Assembly (NCBI GenBank): GCA_004431415.1 | Contig: QPMI01000254.1 | Location: 33,540-97,539 of the forward strand | Direction of reading: 5' to 3' | DNA from: Cyanophora paradoxa CCMP329 | Lineage: Eukaryota > Plantae > Glaucophyta | DNA: 64,000 bases | Shown: positions 35,906 through 47,817 of the stretch, in pieces | Numbering within the stretch: position 1 is the first letter of the stretch | Layout: the number at the start of each line of letters is the position of its first letter | Position numbers and translations under genes: made by a program | The notes under the pieces: generated by a model | What the model was told of the DNA's origin: nothing | Database searches by the model: none | What the model saw: the letters and a program-made list of their open reading frames with translations, nothing else

Positions 35906-38197
35906 ATGGCCGGCCGGCGTGAGGCGCTCGAGGGCGACGGCCTTATCGACGTCCTCTACGACTTCTTGTGGCAGAAGAATGCTCAGGGACGCTCTTGTCG
36001 TGCGCTCTCCGTCTAGCGCTGCTCCGCCGGGGCATCCGCTCGGCTCGCCCGATCCCGCTCACTGCCCGGTCTGCAGCCGGCATATTACTGCCTGAAACTA
36101 TCGTCTACAAGTGCGTGGCTTGCGCTCTGTACCGTGCAGCTGGCTTAGCTAACCCTCCGCAAACAGATACCGCCAACCGGTAGAAACCTGCGGCCCGTCT
36201 CTGTCCAGCACTGGAGCGCTGACGGCTGCGGCGCGCGCGCAGGCTTACTGGTACTTCAGCTCTGCGAAGGACGGCCTGATCAAGAAGAAGAACAAGCAGA
36301 AGCTGACGAGTGCGCCGCGCGACCGCGGGGCGTTTCCCGGCTCGGCGCCTCGGCGGCTGACGCGCACCGCAGACGCCAGCATTTTCGAGTGTCTGACGAA
36401 GGAGCGGGACGCGCAGAGTGAGATCTGCGGTGCGCGCCGGCCCTCCGCGCGTCGGCCCCGCGCGCGGGGGGCGAGTGGGGCGCGCGCAGCGTACCACATC
36501 GCGACGCGGGACGGGGAGGCGGGGGAGGCGGCGCGGGTGACGACGGTGGAGTACCTGGACGAGGAGCGCCTGAAGCACTTCCTCTTCCACCGCGACAAGC
36601 TCAACAACGGCATCCTCCAGCGCTTCTTCGACCCCCCCGAGCTGCACAACAGTCCGCCCCGCCCCGCAGCGCCCCGCCCCCCGCCGGGCGGACGGAGGCG
36701 AGCGGGGGCGCAGCGGTGATCCGGGCGACGTGGTCGCCGGGGGTGTGCCTGCTGGAGAAGCGCTCGAGCGGGGCGAAGCTGGGCGACCGGCGGGCCTCGA
36801 TGGCGGCCCGCGCGGCGACCTTCGAGGGGGCCGAGGGGGGCACCGAGGCCGGCCCCATGAGCGGGGCGCAGCTCGCGGGGCACGTCACGCAGCTCTGCGC
36901 GAACGTCGTCGAGCACGTGGCCGAGGTCGCCCGCTCCTGCCGCATCGCCCGCATGGTCCTCTACTTCAAGCCCGACCGCGCCGGCCGCATCCACCTCCTC
37001 TGGTGCTCCTCCCTCCGCCTCCACCCGCCCGCCGCCCCGGGCTCCTCCCTCCTGCCCCCGACCCCCCTGGCGCCCCTCGACGTCGCCCACACGCTCACCC
37101 TCGCCGAGCCGCCCGTCGCCTCCGCCTCGCACCACCACCACGCCGGCCCCGCCCTCCTCGAGGCCGCCGCCTCCTCCCACGGCCACGGCCACGGCCACGG
37201 CCACGGCGGGCACGGGGCGCACGGGACGGCGGGCGGGCGGCGGAGCGCGGCGCCCGAGGCGCGGGCGTGCCCGGCGTGCGGGAAGCCCTTCGGGGAGGCG
37301 GGCGAGTTCGAGGTGAGCTACAAGCAGGTCCTCATGCACGCCGACGCCGCCTCGGGCGGCCCCCGCCGCGTGGCCGTCGGCTCGGCGCTGCCCCTCGACC
37401 TGGAGCCGCCGAGCGCCCTCTTCGAGGAGGCGATCCTCGGGCAGCGGCCCGACAAGGGCGACCGCTGGCGCTCCCACCACCGCGCCCGCCCCGCCCTCTC
37501 CTCCGCCTCCTCCGGCCCCGCCCCCGACCCCGCCGACGGTGCCGGCGCCGCGCAGACGCCCCCCGCCCCCCGCCCTTGCTCGCAGCTCACGCGCCGGGGC
37601 GCAGGGGTGCCGGAGGCGCTGCGGCGGCTGCACCCGGGCCTCACATCGGCGCAGCTGGGGCGGCTGGCGGGGGACGCGGCCTTCCTCTACAAGACCGCCC
37701 GCGTCTGCTGCACCTGCGCCGTCGCCATCACACGCACGTGCGCGCGCCCCTCTCACGCCATCCGACCCGCGCTGCGCGGCGTTAGGCTGAGCCGAGGGGC
37801 TCCCAGGGCGACGCGGGCGCTGGCGGCCGACGAGCCGCCCCGCGGCCCTCGCGCCCGCTCGCCGCGCCGGCGCGCGCCGCGGGCCCCGCGGCCGACGCCA
37901 CCGGCCAGCGCGCCTTCGCCGCCGGGACGGCGCCGGACGGGGCGCGACGCGAGGCCGGCCCCTCGGGGCGGCGGCGAGCGGGCGGCTGGCGGCGCTGCGG
38001 GCAACGCGGAGCGAGGGGGCGATGCGGGCGCCGGGCCCCCCCGGCGGGCGGCGGGCCAGCGGGAGTCGCCGCCGCACGAGCGGCGGGGCGGGCACGGGCC
38101 GTCGGGGAAGGGGAGCGCGGGGCGGGCGTGGATGGCGGCGCGGGCGGCGACCTTCACCCCGGACTACAGCAACCTCGCCGGTGACGCCGGCCTCTAG
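35906..38197 (+). CDS. Conserved-looking hypothetical protein with two C-terminal CxxC pairs and a His-rich linker
   Basis: Spliced frame [78 protein letters not shown], plus CPACG and VCCTC. Confidence 0.7.
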
Positions 38198-38582
38198 CCC
38201 CTCGGCCCCACTCCGCGCCCCGCCTTCCCCCCGCTCCCTTTCATTTCCCTTGGCCCTGCCCCTCTCCTCCCCATCCTATCCTCCCGCCTCTCTTTCTCGT
38301 CGGCCCGTCCCCTCGATCCCCTCGACCCATCCCTCCCCGCGCCCCCGAATCGCCTGATCGAAGCCGCGGACCCACCCCAAAGTCCATCCATATCACAGTT
38401 ACACTCAGCGACCCTCGGGACCTCTCTGTACATGAAAGCAAAGAGCCCGCCGCCTGCAGCTGCAGCTGCCGCTACGAGGCTAGCTAGACAAGCAGGCACA
38501 CGCAGGTCTCGCCCCCGGGACCGGGGGCCAGCTGGGCTGATGCTTCTCGAGGCCCGAGACGTCGACGTCGCTCGGAGGGAGC

Positions 38583-41500
38583 TCAGTCGTCGAGGCCCTG
38601 CGGGGCGGGGCGGGGCGCGGGGTCGGAGGGAGGCGAGCGCAAGGCGCAGGGGGAAGCTTGAGCGGACCTCGGCGCGGGAGAGGCGGAGGCAGGAGGTGGA
38701 GGCGCAGAGGTGCGCCACGAGGGGGTCGTCCTTGGGGTCCCCGGGGAGGTACTCGAGGAGGATGTCGAGCGGCACCTTGTTCGGCTTCGTCCCGCACCGC
38801 ACCTTCACCCGGTCGAAGACGGCGACGGTCGTCGAGGCCGCCCCCGCCTGGGCGGCCGCCTCGGGCCTCCAGGAGAGGGTGAGGGTGCGGGCGACGGGGT
38901 CGTGCGCGTGGCCCTCGAGCAGCGGCTCGAGGTCCTGCAGCGTGATCCGCTTCTCGAGGCCGAGGCGGGGCACGAAGACGTCGAAGGAGCGGTCCTGCAC
39001 CAGCACCACGACGGCCGGCTCGACGAGGGGCCGCCGCCGGAGCATGAGGCAGAGGTGGACGAGGCCGGAGTGCTCCTGCGCCATCTTGGCCTTGAGCTTG
39101 CGGGTGTTGCAGTGCTCGGCGACGCCGGACATGGCCTCGCGGGGGGGCAGGGAGGCGAGGATGGCGCGGGAGGCCTCGACGGCGGCGGCGGGCTCGAGGC
39201 TGGCGGTGCGCTCCGAGTCGAGGGCGGCCTGGAGGAGGCGGTGGACGACGACGTCGGCGTAGCGCCGGATGGGGCTCGTGAAGTGCGTGTAGAAGGGGAC
39301 GGCGAGGGCGAAGTGGCCCCACTGCGCGTGCTCCTCCAGGTCCCCCGTGCAGAAGTACTTCGCCGTCTGCATCGGCTTCGTCAGCAGGCTCCGGATCGCC
39401 TGCACGCCCGCGGGCCCCAGCATCAGCCCCCGTCAAGACAAGGCAGAAGAGGATGGGAGGGGGCACGGCGGCGATGTCGGGGTCGCGGGTGCGCTCGAGG
39501 TCGAGGAGGGAGCGGTGGATGGCCCCCGCGGAGGAGCCGTCGAAGGGCACGTCGTGCTGCGCGCAGAAGTCCAGGAAGTCGTCCAGGCGCCGCAGGAGGG
39601 GCGGCGGGTGCCGCCGCAGCAGCGACGCGTCGGGGAAGGCCGCCACGATGCGCCCCGCCACCGCCATGTTCGCCAGCAGCATGAACTGCCCGGGCGGTGA
39701 GGCGGGGGCAGGGGCAGAGACAGAGACAGAGAGCGCGAGCGGGCCTCCTCGACGAGGCGGTTGGAGTCCTTGAGCTCGTACTCGAAGCACTCGACGGGCG
39801 TCCCGTCCCGCCCCAGGTTGAAGCACAGCCGCACCGTGTGCAGCGACAGCGCCCCGCTCTGCCGGCGCGGCGCCGTGGGCAGGGGGCGGGCGGGGCGGGG
39901 GAGGGGGAGGGAGCGGGGGCGCACGTCGAAGCGGGCCTTGCGCATGCTGAGGGAGAGCCGGTGCAGGTCCCTCTGCGCCCCCAGCTCAGCTCCGCTCGGC
40001 TGAGCTAAGGCGGGGCGGGCGGACGGTGCAGCGGATGAGGTCGGCGGGGCCGAAGCCGTTGTGGACGTCGACGTCGCAGGCCCAGGCCTCGCCCTGCTCG
40101 ATGATCGCCTGCGCGCGGCCGTAGTCCAGCTTGCAGCAGCTGCGGATGACGCTCCGCCCGAACCACTCCTCCTGCACGCGGCCCTGGGCGTCGAGGCGCC
40201 AGATGACGGAGAAGGCGAGGCGGTCGACGCCGGGGTTGAGGCTGCAGAGCTCCTCGCAGAGGACGCCGGGGAGCATGGGGACGGCCTTCTGGACGAGGTA
40301 CGTCGTCGTCGCCCGGTGCTGCGCCTCGCGGTCCAGCGCCGTCCCCGGCAGCACGAAGTGCGACACGTCCGCGATGTGCACCCCGACCTGCCCGCCCCGC
40401 CCCTCAGAGGTTGGGAGGGAGAGAGCTGGGGGGGGGGGGCGTCGCGGGGGCGGCGGGCCTCGAAGGAGCCGTCGGGGAGGGCCCGGCAGTGGAGCGCGTC
40501 GTCGAGGTCGCGCGCCGTCAGCGGGTCGATGGTGTAGATGCACTCGGCGCGCAGGTCCCGCCGCCGCGCGAGCTCCTCGGCGGGGATCGACCAGGGCAGC
40601 GTCGGGAGGCACTTCTGCACCGCCTCGTTGAACGGGCGCGAGTCGATCTGCGAGGAGGCGGCGGATCGGAAGGGGAAGAGGGGGCCGCGGGGGCGGGGGC
40701 GCACGTCGTGCTCGAGGAGCAGCGCCTCAGTCTCCACCTCGATCTCCCCCGCCTCTGCCCGGCGGAGTCAGCGTGGCGGGGGCGTGGCCGGGGCGGGCGG
40801 GCGGGGGGGCGGGCGGGCGGACCGCCGAGCTTGTCGGAGAGGCGGCCGCGGGGCCAGACGGCGTCGATGGGCCAGTCGACGAAGGTGCAGGCGAAGAAGG
40901 TCGTCGCGAACTTGCCCGGCTCCTGCGCGAACTCCCGCGGGCACTCGTGCAGCGGGATGAGGAACCGCGGCGCTGCCGCCCCCGCCCCGCCGCCTCAGCG
41001 CCCCCGTCGGGAGGGGCGGAGGCGGGGCGGGGCGGGCGCACCGCGGGCGTTGTTGGGGATGAAGAAGGCGAACTTGTCCTGGGGCCGGACGGCGCCCCTG
41101 GGGTCGCAGGGCTTGAGGAGGCCCACGTGGCGGTTAAACTCGCTGCGCTTCACGATCGCCACGACGATTGCCGCCTTCTGGTAGTGCTCCTCCTCCTCCG
41201 CCGAGCACGCCACGGGGCCCGCCGCCGCCAGCGCCTCCAGATCCTCCCCCTCCCCCCCGTTCCCCTCCTCCGCCTGCGCGCGCCGGCTCGGCCCCGCGCG
41301 CGCGGAGAAGAAGACGGCGCGCGCGCGGGGCGCAGGGAGTGCGGACCCCGTCGGCGCAGTTGTGGACGTCCTCGGCGAGGGAGGCCTCGCCGGCGGCCCC
41401 GCGGGCGCGCCCGAGGCGCTTCCAGCGGGACTTGGGGAGGACGCGGATGGCCACCGTGTCGCCGTCCATCGCCCGGTTCTGGGCCACGTCCCCGTCGATG

Positions 41501-42085
41501 AGCACGTCGTTCACGAACCCCTTCACCACCACGAACGCCTCGTGCCGCCGCCGCGGGTTCACCCGCACCGTCCCCTGCGCGCCACGCTCACCGCCGCGCA
41601 AGGAGGCGCGCCAGCAAACTCGGGAAGCACCTGGAACAGTTCCTTGCGCTGCGCGGAGGCGGTCAGGCGCGCGGCGATCACACGAAGGCGCACGTACGCA
41701 CCTTCAAGCCATCGCGCACGGCATCGGGCCGCAGGTGCTCTGGGAACCTTGCCTTGCGCGGATTCCGGTTCGAGTCATGCGAGTTATGCGCGTTTCCTTG
41801 CTTGCGCGAGTTGCCTGCTTGTCCTGTGGGCAGCGGTTCATACGGCGGCGCGCAGGACGAATGCGGGGGCGCCGGACCTCCGCCGTGCGCTGGAGTGCTT
41901 GGATCGTGGTTCGGCGGTCGCTGAGGGGTCTGCGGCGGCCGCTGAGGGGTCTGGGCGCTCGAGGGCCGGCCTCCGCCACGCCCGCCCGCGGCTGAGCCTG
42001 GTCTTCCTCCAGCGTGTTGCTGATTCGCTCCTGGTCCTCCAGAAGGGCGCCCGCGGCCCTTTCCGGGAGTTTGCTGGTCCGCCAT
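38583..42085 (-). CDS. DIS3L2: DIS3-like exoribonuclease 2 (RNB/RNase II family)
   Basis: [69 protein letters not shown] and [13 protein letters not shown]. No PIN domain, which favours DIS3L2. Confidence 0.92.
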
Positions 42086-42152
42086 TCTTGATTCGGTGTA
42101 CGCCCCGACGTCGCGCGACTCTACCCCCCCTACACCACCTGAGCCGGGCCTA

Positions 42153-43805
42153 ATGGGTGCCGAGAACAGCCGGTACGATGGAGATTACTACGATCCAAGC
42201 AGGTGCGAGCTATTCAACTACAATCTGCCAGCCTGCAGCTGCGCAATTCGAGACGGGCCAGCCTGGGCTCGCCCAGCCTAGCAGGGCTTCTTTTCGAATA
42301 CACAAGCACATAGAAATGCGAGAAAGAGCGTTTGCGGTCCGACCATAGCCCGGAAAGGCTGCGTGCAGGGGTTTCGCGTGTTCGGGGTTTCCGATTAGAC
42401 GATCGCCGGCGACGACGCTCGGCCCTCGTCGTCACCTCGTCACCTTTAGCTATACCTCCCGTTAATTCTCGTGCTATTCGTTCTCCCGATCCAGCCCCCC
42501 TCGCCGTGCTCTCATGATGCGCCCCGTCCCACTCGCAGGCCACGCCCCGACGGCGATGTGCAAGTCTATGTAGATCCGGCTTACGACCGAGATCCGCTCA
42601 CCGGCGCGCTGGGCCGGCGCTTCCACCTCCGCGCCGGGTCCGCCTCCGCAGCGCCCTGCCAAGCTTTCGAATGCGCGCGGGGCGTCTCACGGGCCCGGGC
42701 CGGGGCAGGTGCCACGGGGCGACGCGGGCGACGCTGATGTCGCGGGCGGTGGCGGAGCGGCGGCTGCAGTGCGAGCAGTGCCGGCCCTACGTGGGCGGCA
42801 GCATCACGGACGAGTGGAAGGCGCTGCGGGACCTCTTCACGTCGGACCCGCGCCGCCGCGAGGCCACGCGGGAGCGCGCCCCTGACACGATCCACGCCTC
42901 TCAGAGCCTCCGCGGTGCCCGCCCGCCCGCCGCCGCGCCCCGAGCGCCGCCTCACGCGCGCGCGCCCCGGCCCAGGCATCAACCCGGACTCCGACAGCGC
43001 ATGGACGGCGCGCCCCCGCCCCGCCCCGCCCCGGCCCGCGCCCGTCGCGCCCGGTGCTGACGTTCCTCCCCTCCGCAGAAGGCGCCGGCGGGGAAGCGCC
43101 TCGACGACTCGCGCTACTACGAGACCGAGAGGCGCGCGCGCTCGCCGGGCCGGGCCGGGCCCGCGCGCCGGCAGCTCGGCGGCGCTGATGCGGGGGCAGG
43201 CCGCGCGGGGACGGGGACGTGACGGTGTACATCGACCCTGCGTACAACAAGGACCCGCTGACAACGGCGATGGGGCGGCGGTACCACTACCGGCGCGGCT
43301 GCCAGGGCGCCCGCCAGGGGACGCTGCTCTCGCGGGCCATCGCCGAGCGGCGCGTGCAGTGCGAGCAGTGCCGCCCCTACGAGGGCGGCTCCATCACCGA
43401 CGAGTGGAAGGTGCGCGCGGCGGGGCGGGGCGAGTTCGGAGCGCGGCTGACGTCCGGCGCGGCCTCGGATGCAGGCTTTCCGGGACCTCTTCACGACGCG
43501 GACGGAGCGGCGGCAGACGAGCCAGCGGAACCTCGAGGTGCGGGGGCCCGGGGCGGCCCCGCCCGCGCGCTGAGGCGCTCGCGCGGCCTGCCGCCTCCGC
43601 CCTGCGCCGCCCTCTCACGCCGGGGCCGCAGGTCGTGGAGGCGGCGCGCGCCCTGCGCTCCGACCCCTCCCACGCCGCCTCCTCCCACGCCTACCCCTCC
43701 CACGCCTACGCCCCCGCCCAGCGCGCCCCCCCGAACGGCGCCCCGCCCCCGGGCTGGGACGCCGACGAGGGCGTCATGGCCTGCGTCTGCCGCCACCTCT
43801 ACTGA
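42153..43805 (+). CDS. Protein with two tandem H-x4-C...CxxC (Ada-Zn-like) modules; N-terminal MGAENS myristoylation-type start
   Basis: VYVDPAY..GRRFHLRAGCHGA..LMSRAVAERRLQCEQCRPY.GGSITDEW and VYIDPAY..GRRYHYRRGCQGA..LLSRAIAERRVQCEQCRPYEGGSITDEW. The first exon joins in frame via intron 42203-42538. Confidence 0.7.
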
Positions 43806-45034
43806 GGCCCTGAGGGGCGCGCGACCCGGGGCCCCTTGGGCCCTGGCCCGCCCGCCCGGGCCCGGCCACCTCCTCGCGACGTCCGCGAGGAGGCGGCCGA
43901 CGATCGGTATCGCCGTAGCGCTAGCTAGCACGCACAGCAGTAGCCATAGGCCCGTAGCTGCCCGTGTAGGAGCCCCTCCGTGTTGATTTGCATGCATATG
44001 CGCATTCCCACGGCCAGGTTCCGTTTTATATAGCTAGGATCCAGTCCTGTCTGGTCCACGTGCCACGGTGCTCCCCGAGCCGCCGGGCCGCTTGAGCTTC
44101 TAAGGCTTCAAATGCTTCATGATCATGATCATGCCCTGATGCCACTGGGCCAGTGTTCAATTCAATGATTGCAACGGTTTTGTTCAAGGTTCAACGGTTG
44201 AGTGCTATATTAGCTCTAGCTAGCTTTAGTAATTTTCATTGTTGAATTTAAATTGCAGCTCATGATCATCGGATCAAGATTCTTCGACGTCGACGTCGAC
44301 GTCAGCAGCGCATGCGCAGCCTGCATACGCAGCCTCAGGGCCTGGCGAATTTCAACCTTGAAAGTTCAACGGTTTGGTGTCGTGCTCTATTTCATGGGAC
44401 TTGATCTGAATTGAAGAGACAAGGTTCACAAAAATATTCACACTATAGCTAGGTTTGGTGCTAAATTCGAAAGCGGCAACGTCTGGCAAGCTATCCGACG
44501 ATCATGATCATAGCCTCATGTGAGTGAGCACTGCAGCTGAGCTGTGCTATGAAACTGAGTGACTGCGAATTTAAACTTGCTGCTGGCCATATGCACGGAC
44601 GCTAGGTCCCTCTGTAGAGCGTAAAAGTACACGGCTGCCTTCGAGATCGATAGGCAAGCAAGCTGGCAAGAAGACTAGAACTCGGAACTCGGGACCAACC
44701 ATGAAGTCCTAATTTCAGGATCGTAAAAACGACCCTGTCACGAGGCTCTTGGGTTATTTCTATCCGAACGCACTGCGGCAGGAACTCGACAAAAGAACCA
44801 AGCCCGGGCCCGAAGCCAAGAAGAGCGAGTATGTGTAGAGATTATGTAACGCAAACCCGAAACCCGTCGAACGATAATGTCCGCGCTCCTACCCCTATCT
44901 AAAACACACAAAATCTCACAAGCTATGTGCAGATAATGTACGAATACCGAACGCATGCAATGAAACCGCAGAAAAAGCATTATTCCTCGCTAGGAGATGA
45001 GGCGAGGGGCGGGCCCCCCGCACGGTCGCCGTCG

Positions 45035-46621
45035 TCAGGAGGCGAGGGCGGGGCGGGGGCGCTTGGGGGATGGCCCCGCCTCCTCCCCGTCGACGCTCGG
45101 GCGGCGGCAGGCGCCCGGCGACAAGCTCTCCACCACGACGCAGAGGCCGGCCGCCGCCGCCGCGGCGGTGGCGGCGGGGCTCGCGGGGAGGGGGCAGGAC
45201 GGGGCGGGGCTCTCCTCGCGGGGCCGCGCGGGGGCGGGGCAGGGCGAGGGGGCTCCCGAGGAGGCGGCGGAGGAGGGGCCGGAGGAGCAGGAGCAGGAGA
45301 GGGAGCGGGCGAGGGGCGAGGCGAGGGGCGAGGCGGGCCCGGCCTCGGCGAGCAGGGCCGCGACGCCGGCGGCCGCGCGCTCCGAGGCGGCGAGGGCCTG
45401 CACCACCGCCGGCGACTCGGCGAGCCGCCGCGCCGCCTCCGCCGCCTCCGCCGCCGAGGCGAAGGAGGGGTCTGGGGCGGTGCGCGCGGTGGGGCGGCCC
45501 TCGGCGGCGCGCGCGAGGGCGTCGGCGGCGAGGGCCGCCTCGTGCAGGATCTCCTCGTCCCCGCTCGCCGCGCCCCGCAGCACGCCCGCCACCAGGCCCT
45601 CCTCCACGAACGCCCCCAGCAGCCCCGGGCTCTGCCCGATCAGAAGCCGCGCCGCCCGCAGCGCCGCCGCGCGGGCCCCCGCCGTGCCGTGGGCGAGGGC
45701 GGTGCCGATGCGCTCGGGGCGCGGAGCTCGGCCTCCTCGAGGGGCCCGCCCGGCGAGGCCGCCGCCGCCGCCGCCGCCGCGATGCACGCCCCGCTCACCT
45801 CCGAGACCTGCGGCCCGGCCCGGCTCGGAACGGGCAGGGCGGCCGCGGGCTCGCAAGGAGGGGGCGGGGCGGGCCTCGAGGCGCTCGGTTTCGGCGAAGA
45901 GGGCGAGGAGGGCGTCGAGGAGGGGCCGCCGCGCCGCCCGCGCCGCCTCGGGGCTCCCGAAGAGCGCGCGGACGAGCTTCGCCGCAGGGCAGTAGAGCCG
46001 CGCGTTCGGGCCCGTCAGCAGCGCCGTCACCTGCGCCCGCGTGAGGCCCCGCGGAGAACGCGGCCGGCGGCGGCGGCAAAGCCTCGAACCTTGTCGAGGG
46101 CGCCGGCGCGGACGATGACGTCCATGTTGCCGGGGGACGTGCAGAGGTTCCGGAGCACGGTGAGCCCCTGCAGCACCTGCCGGGGACGGTGAGCAACGGC
46201 GCCGGCGGCTGCGGCTCCCGAGGGCGCGGGGCGGGCGCACGGAGCGCTCGCCGAAGCCGAGCTGCGACACGGGGAAGGCGATCTCGGAGGGGTCGGTAAC
46301 GCGCTCATCCCCGCCCGAGACAAGGCTGAGGACGAAGCGCGGGTGGTGCGGCTCGTGGTGCCCGTGATGGTGCCCGTGGTGCCCGTGCGGGGGCGGGTAG
46401 GGCGGGTCCCGGAAGTGGCTGTGGTGCCCGTGCCCGTGCCCGTGCCGCGGCGCCTCCAGCTCCATCAGGTGCCCGTCCGTCTGCATGTGCCGACTCCTCC
46501 TCATCGCCGCCTGCATCAGATCGAGATCCGCCAGCCTGCGAGCGTCGACGTCCGCGGCAATCCGCAGCTCAAATGAGATGTTTCGCTGCCCGCCGGGCAG
46601 GTCCGCTTCCGTGAGACCCAC
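45035..46621 (-). CDS. Armadillo/HEAT-repeat-like protein with a His-rich N-terminal segment; 5' end uncertain
   Basis: VLQGLTVLRNLCTSPGNMDVIVRAGALDKV, AFVEEGLVAGVL and EILHEAALA helical repeats. Confidence 0.6.
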   Translation of the reverse strand: MGLTEADLPGGQRNISFELRIAADVDARRLADLDLMQAAMRRSRHMQTDGHLMELEAPRHGHGHGHHSHFRDPPYPPPHGHHGHHHGHHEPHHPRFVLSLVSGGDERVTDPSEIAFPVSQLGFGERSVRPPRALGSRSRRRRCSPSPAGAAGAHRAPEPLHVPRQHGRHRPRRRPRQGSRLCRRRRPRSPRGLTRAQVTALLTGPNARLYCPAAKLVRALFGSPEAARAARRPLLDALLALFAETERLEARPAPSLRARGRPARSEPGRAAGLGGERGVHRGGGGGGGLAGRAPRGGRAPRPERIGTALAHGTAGARAAALRAARLLIGQSPGLLGAFVEEGLVAGVLRGAASGDEEILHEAALAADALARAAEGRPTARTAPDPSFASAAEAAEAARRLAESPAVVQALAASERAAAGVAALLAEAGPASPLASPLARSLSCSCSSGPSSAASSGAPSPCPAPARPREESPAPSCPLPASPAATAAAAAAGLCVVVESLSPGACRRPSVDGEEAGPSPKRPRPALAS

Positions 46622-47379
46622 GTGGGCTGATCAGCAATTCGGAAATGATGCAGTACAGATCTCCTGCTGGCGCGGGTGCTCGTCGCGTATACGGAAGGCT
46701 TGATTTCGCTGTGCTGCGACGGTGGATGTCGAGTTGCGCAGGCTGCTGTCGCGTTTGCACGCGGGTGGCCGATTCGCGCCGCTCAGCGACCGATCCGCTG
46801 CCGGCCAAGCTAGATCACGCTCAGCCTGAGAGCTTGATCGATCCTGATGCTGGATATCTCTTGAGCGGGCCTCAGCTGTCGCCGCGCTTGCCGCAGAAGC
46901 GCACAGCTGCAGCCGCAGCGGGCGCCGCGAAGCTGTGTAAAGGGCGAGCCCGCGCTCCTGGTTACGATCTTGGCAGCGCCAGGGCCGCGACGCGGGCCGG
47001 CCGCGCGGAACGCCTCAACCACTTGCTGCTTTCGCAGCGTACCCCCATCCACAAACTTGGAAGCCTTCTGATGTTGACTCACGGGTAAGTTCATTACCCC
47101 AGTTGCAACGAGCGGCCAGCATTGAACCCTGTGAAGATAGCTATAGGAAACGCTATCCTGATCCGGATAACCGGCTGCGCCGGCCCGGCCCGGCCGGCGC
47201 CGCTTTAACCGACATTGATCAGCGCGCCGTTAACTTCAGTAACTTAGTAACGGCCGGCGCCGGCGCGGCGGCGCGGCGGCACTAGTACTGGCCCAGCAGC
47301 GCAGCGCCGTGTTAACCGCCGCCGCTTCCACGGGAATTAATATTCGCAGCAACTTGGCAAGGCATTTCGCAATCCCAGC

Positions 47380-47552
47380 GCGCTTTAGCGCAGTGGTATA
47401 AGGTCGTGCTACGACCTCCCGAATTCCCGGGTTCGGTTCCTGCTGTTTCCGCTACGTTGTACTTCGAATCCCTGTGATTCCCGATACCGTGACTTGTATC
47501 CTCGTTGTGTACTACGAGTGGGCACGCCCACCGTAGATCTTAAAAAAAAAAA
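47380..47552 (+). mobile_element. tRNA-derived SINE-like element or tRNA pseudogene
   Basis: A-box TAGCGCAGTGG (47386) and B-box-like GGTTCGGTTCC (47430) have tRNA spacing. No valid cloverleaf; an A11 run at 47542-47552. Confidence 0.45.
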
Positions 47553-47817
47553 TAGAAAGGAATTTGGAAATCCGGTCCAAAATCAAAATTGCGCATGCTT
47601 CACAGCCTGAATTTGAAGATAGCTGTAGCCTAGTATACGTAGGTGTCTTCAAAGCCTAGAATCAGAGGACCAGGAGGGGTTCACTGGAGTGTCATATGCA
47701 ATATATATATATCTAGCCTACGGAGCTGAGCTTCCTACGTCGTCTGGCTACCTGCGCGTGCGAGGGAAAAGGATGTAGGGAGGAGCGCGGCGCGCGGGCC
47801 GGCCGGCGGGGCGGGCC

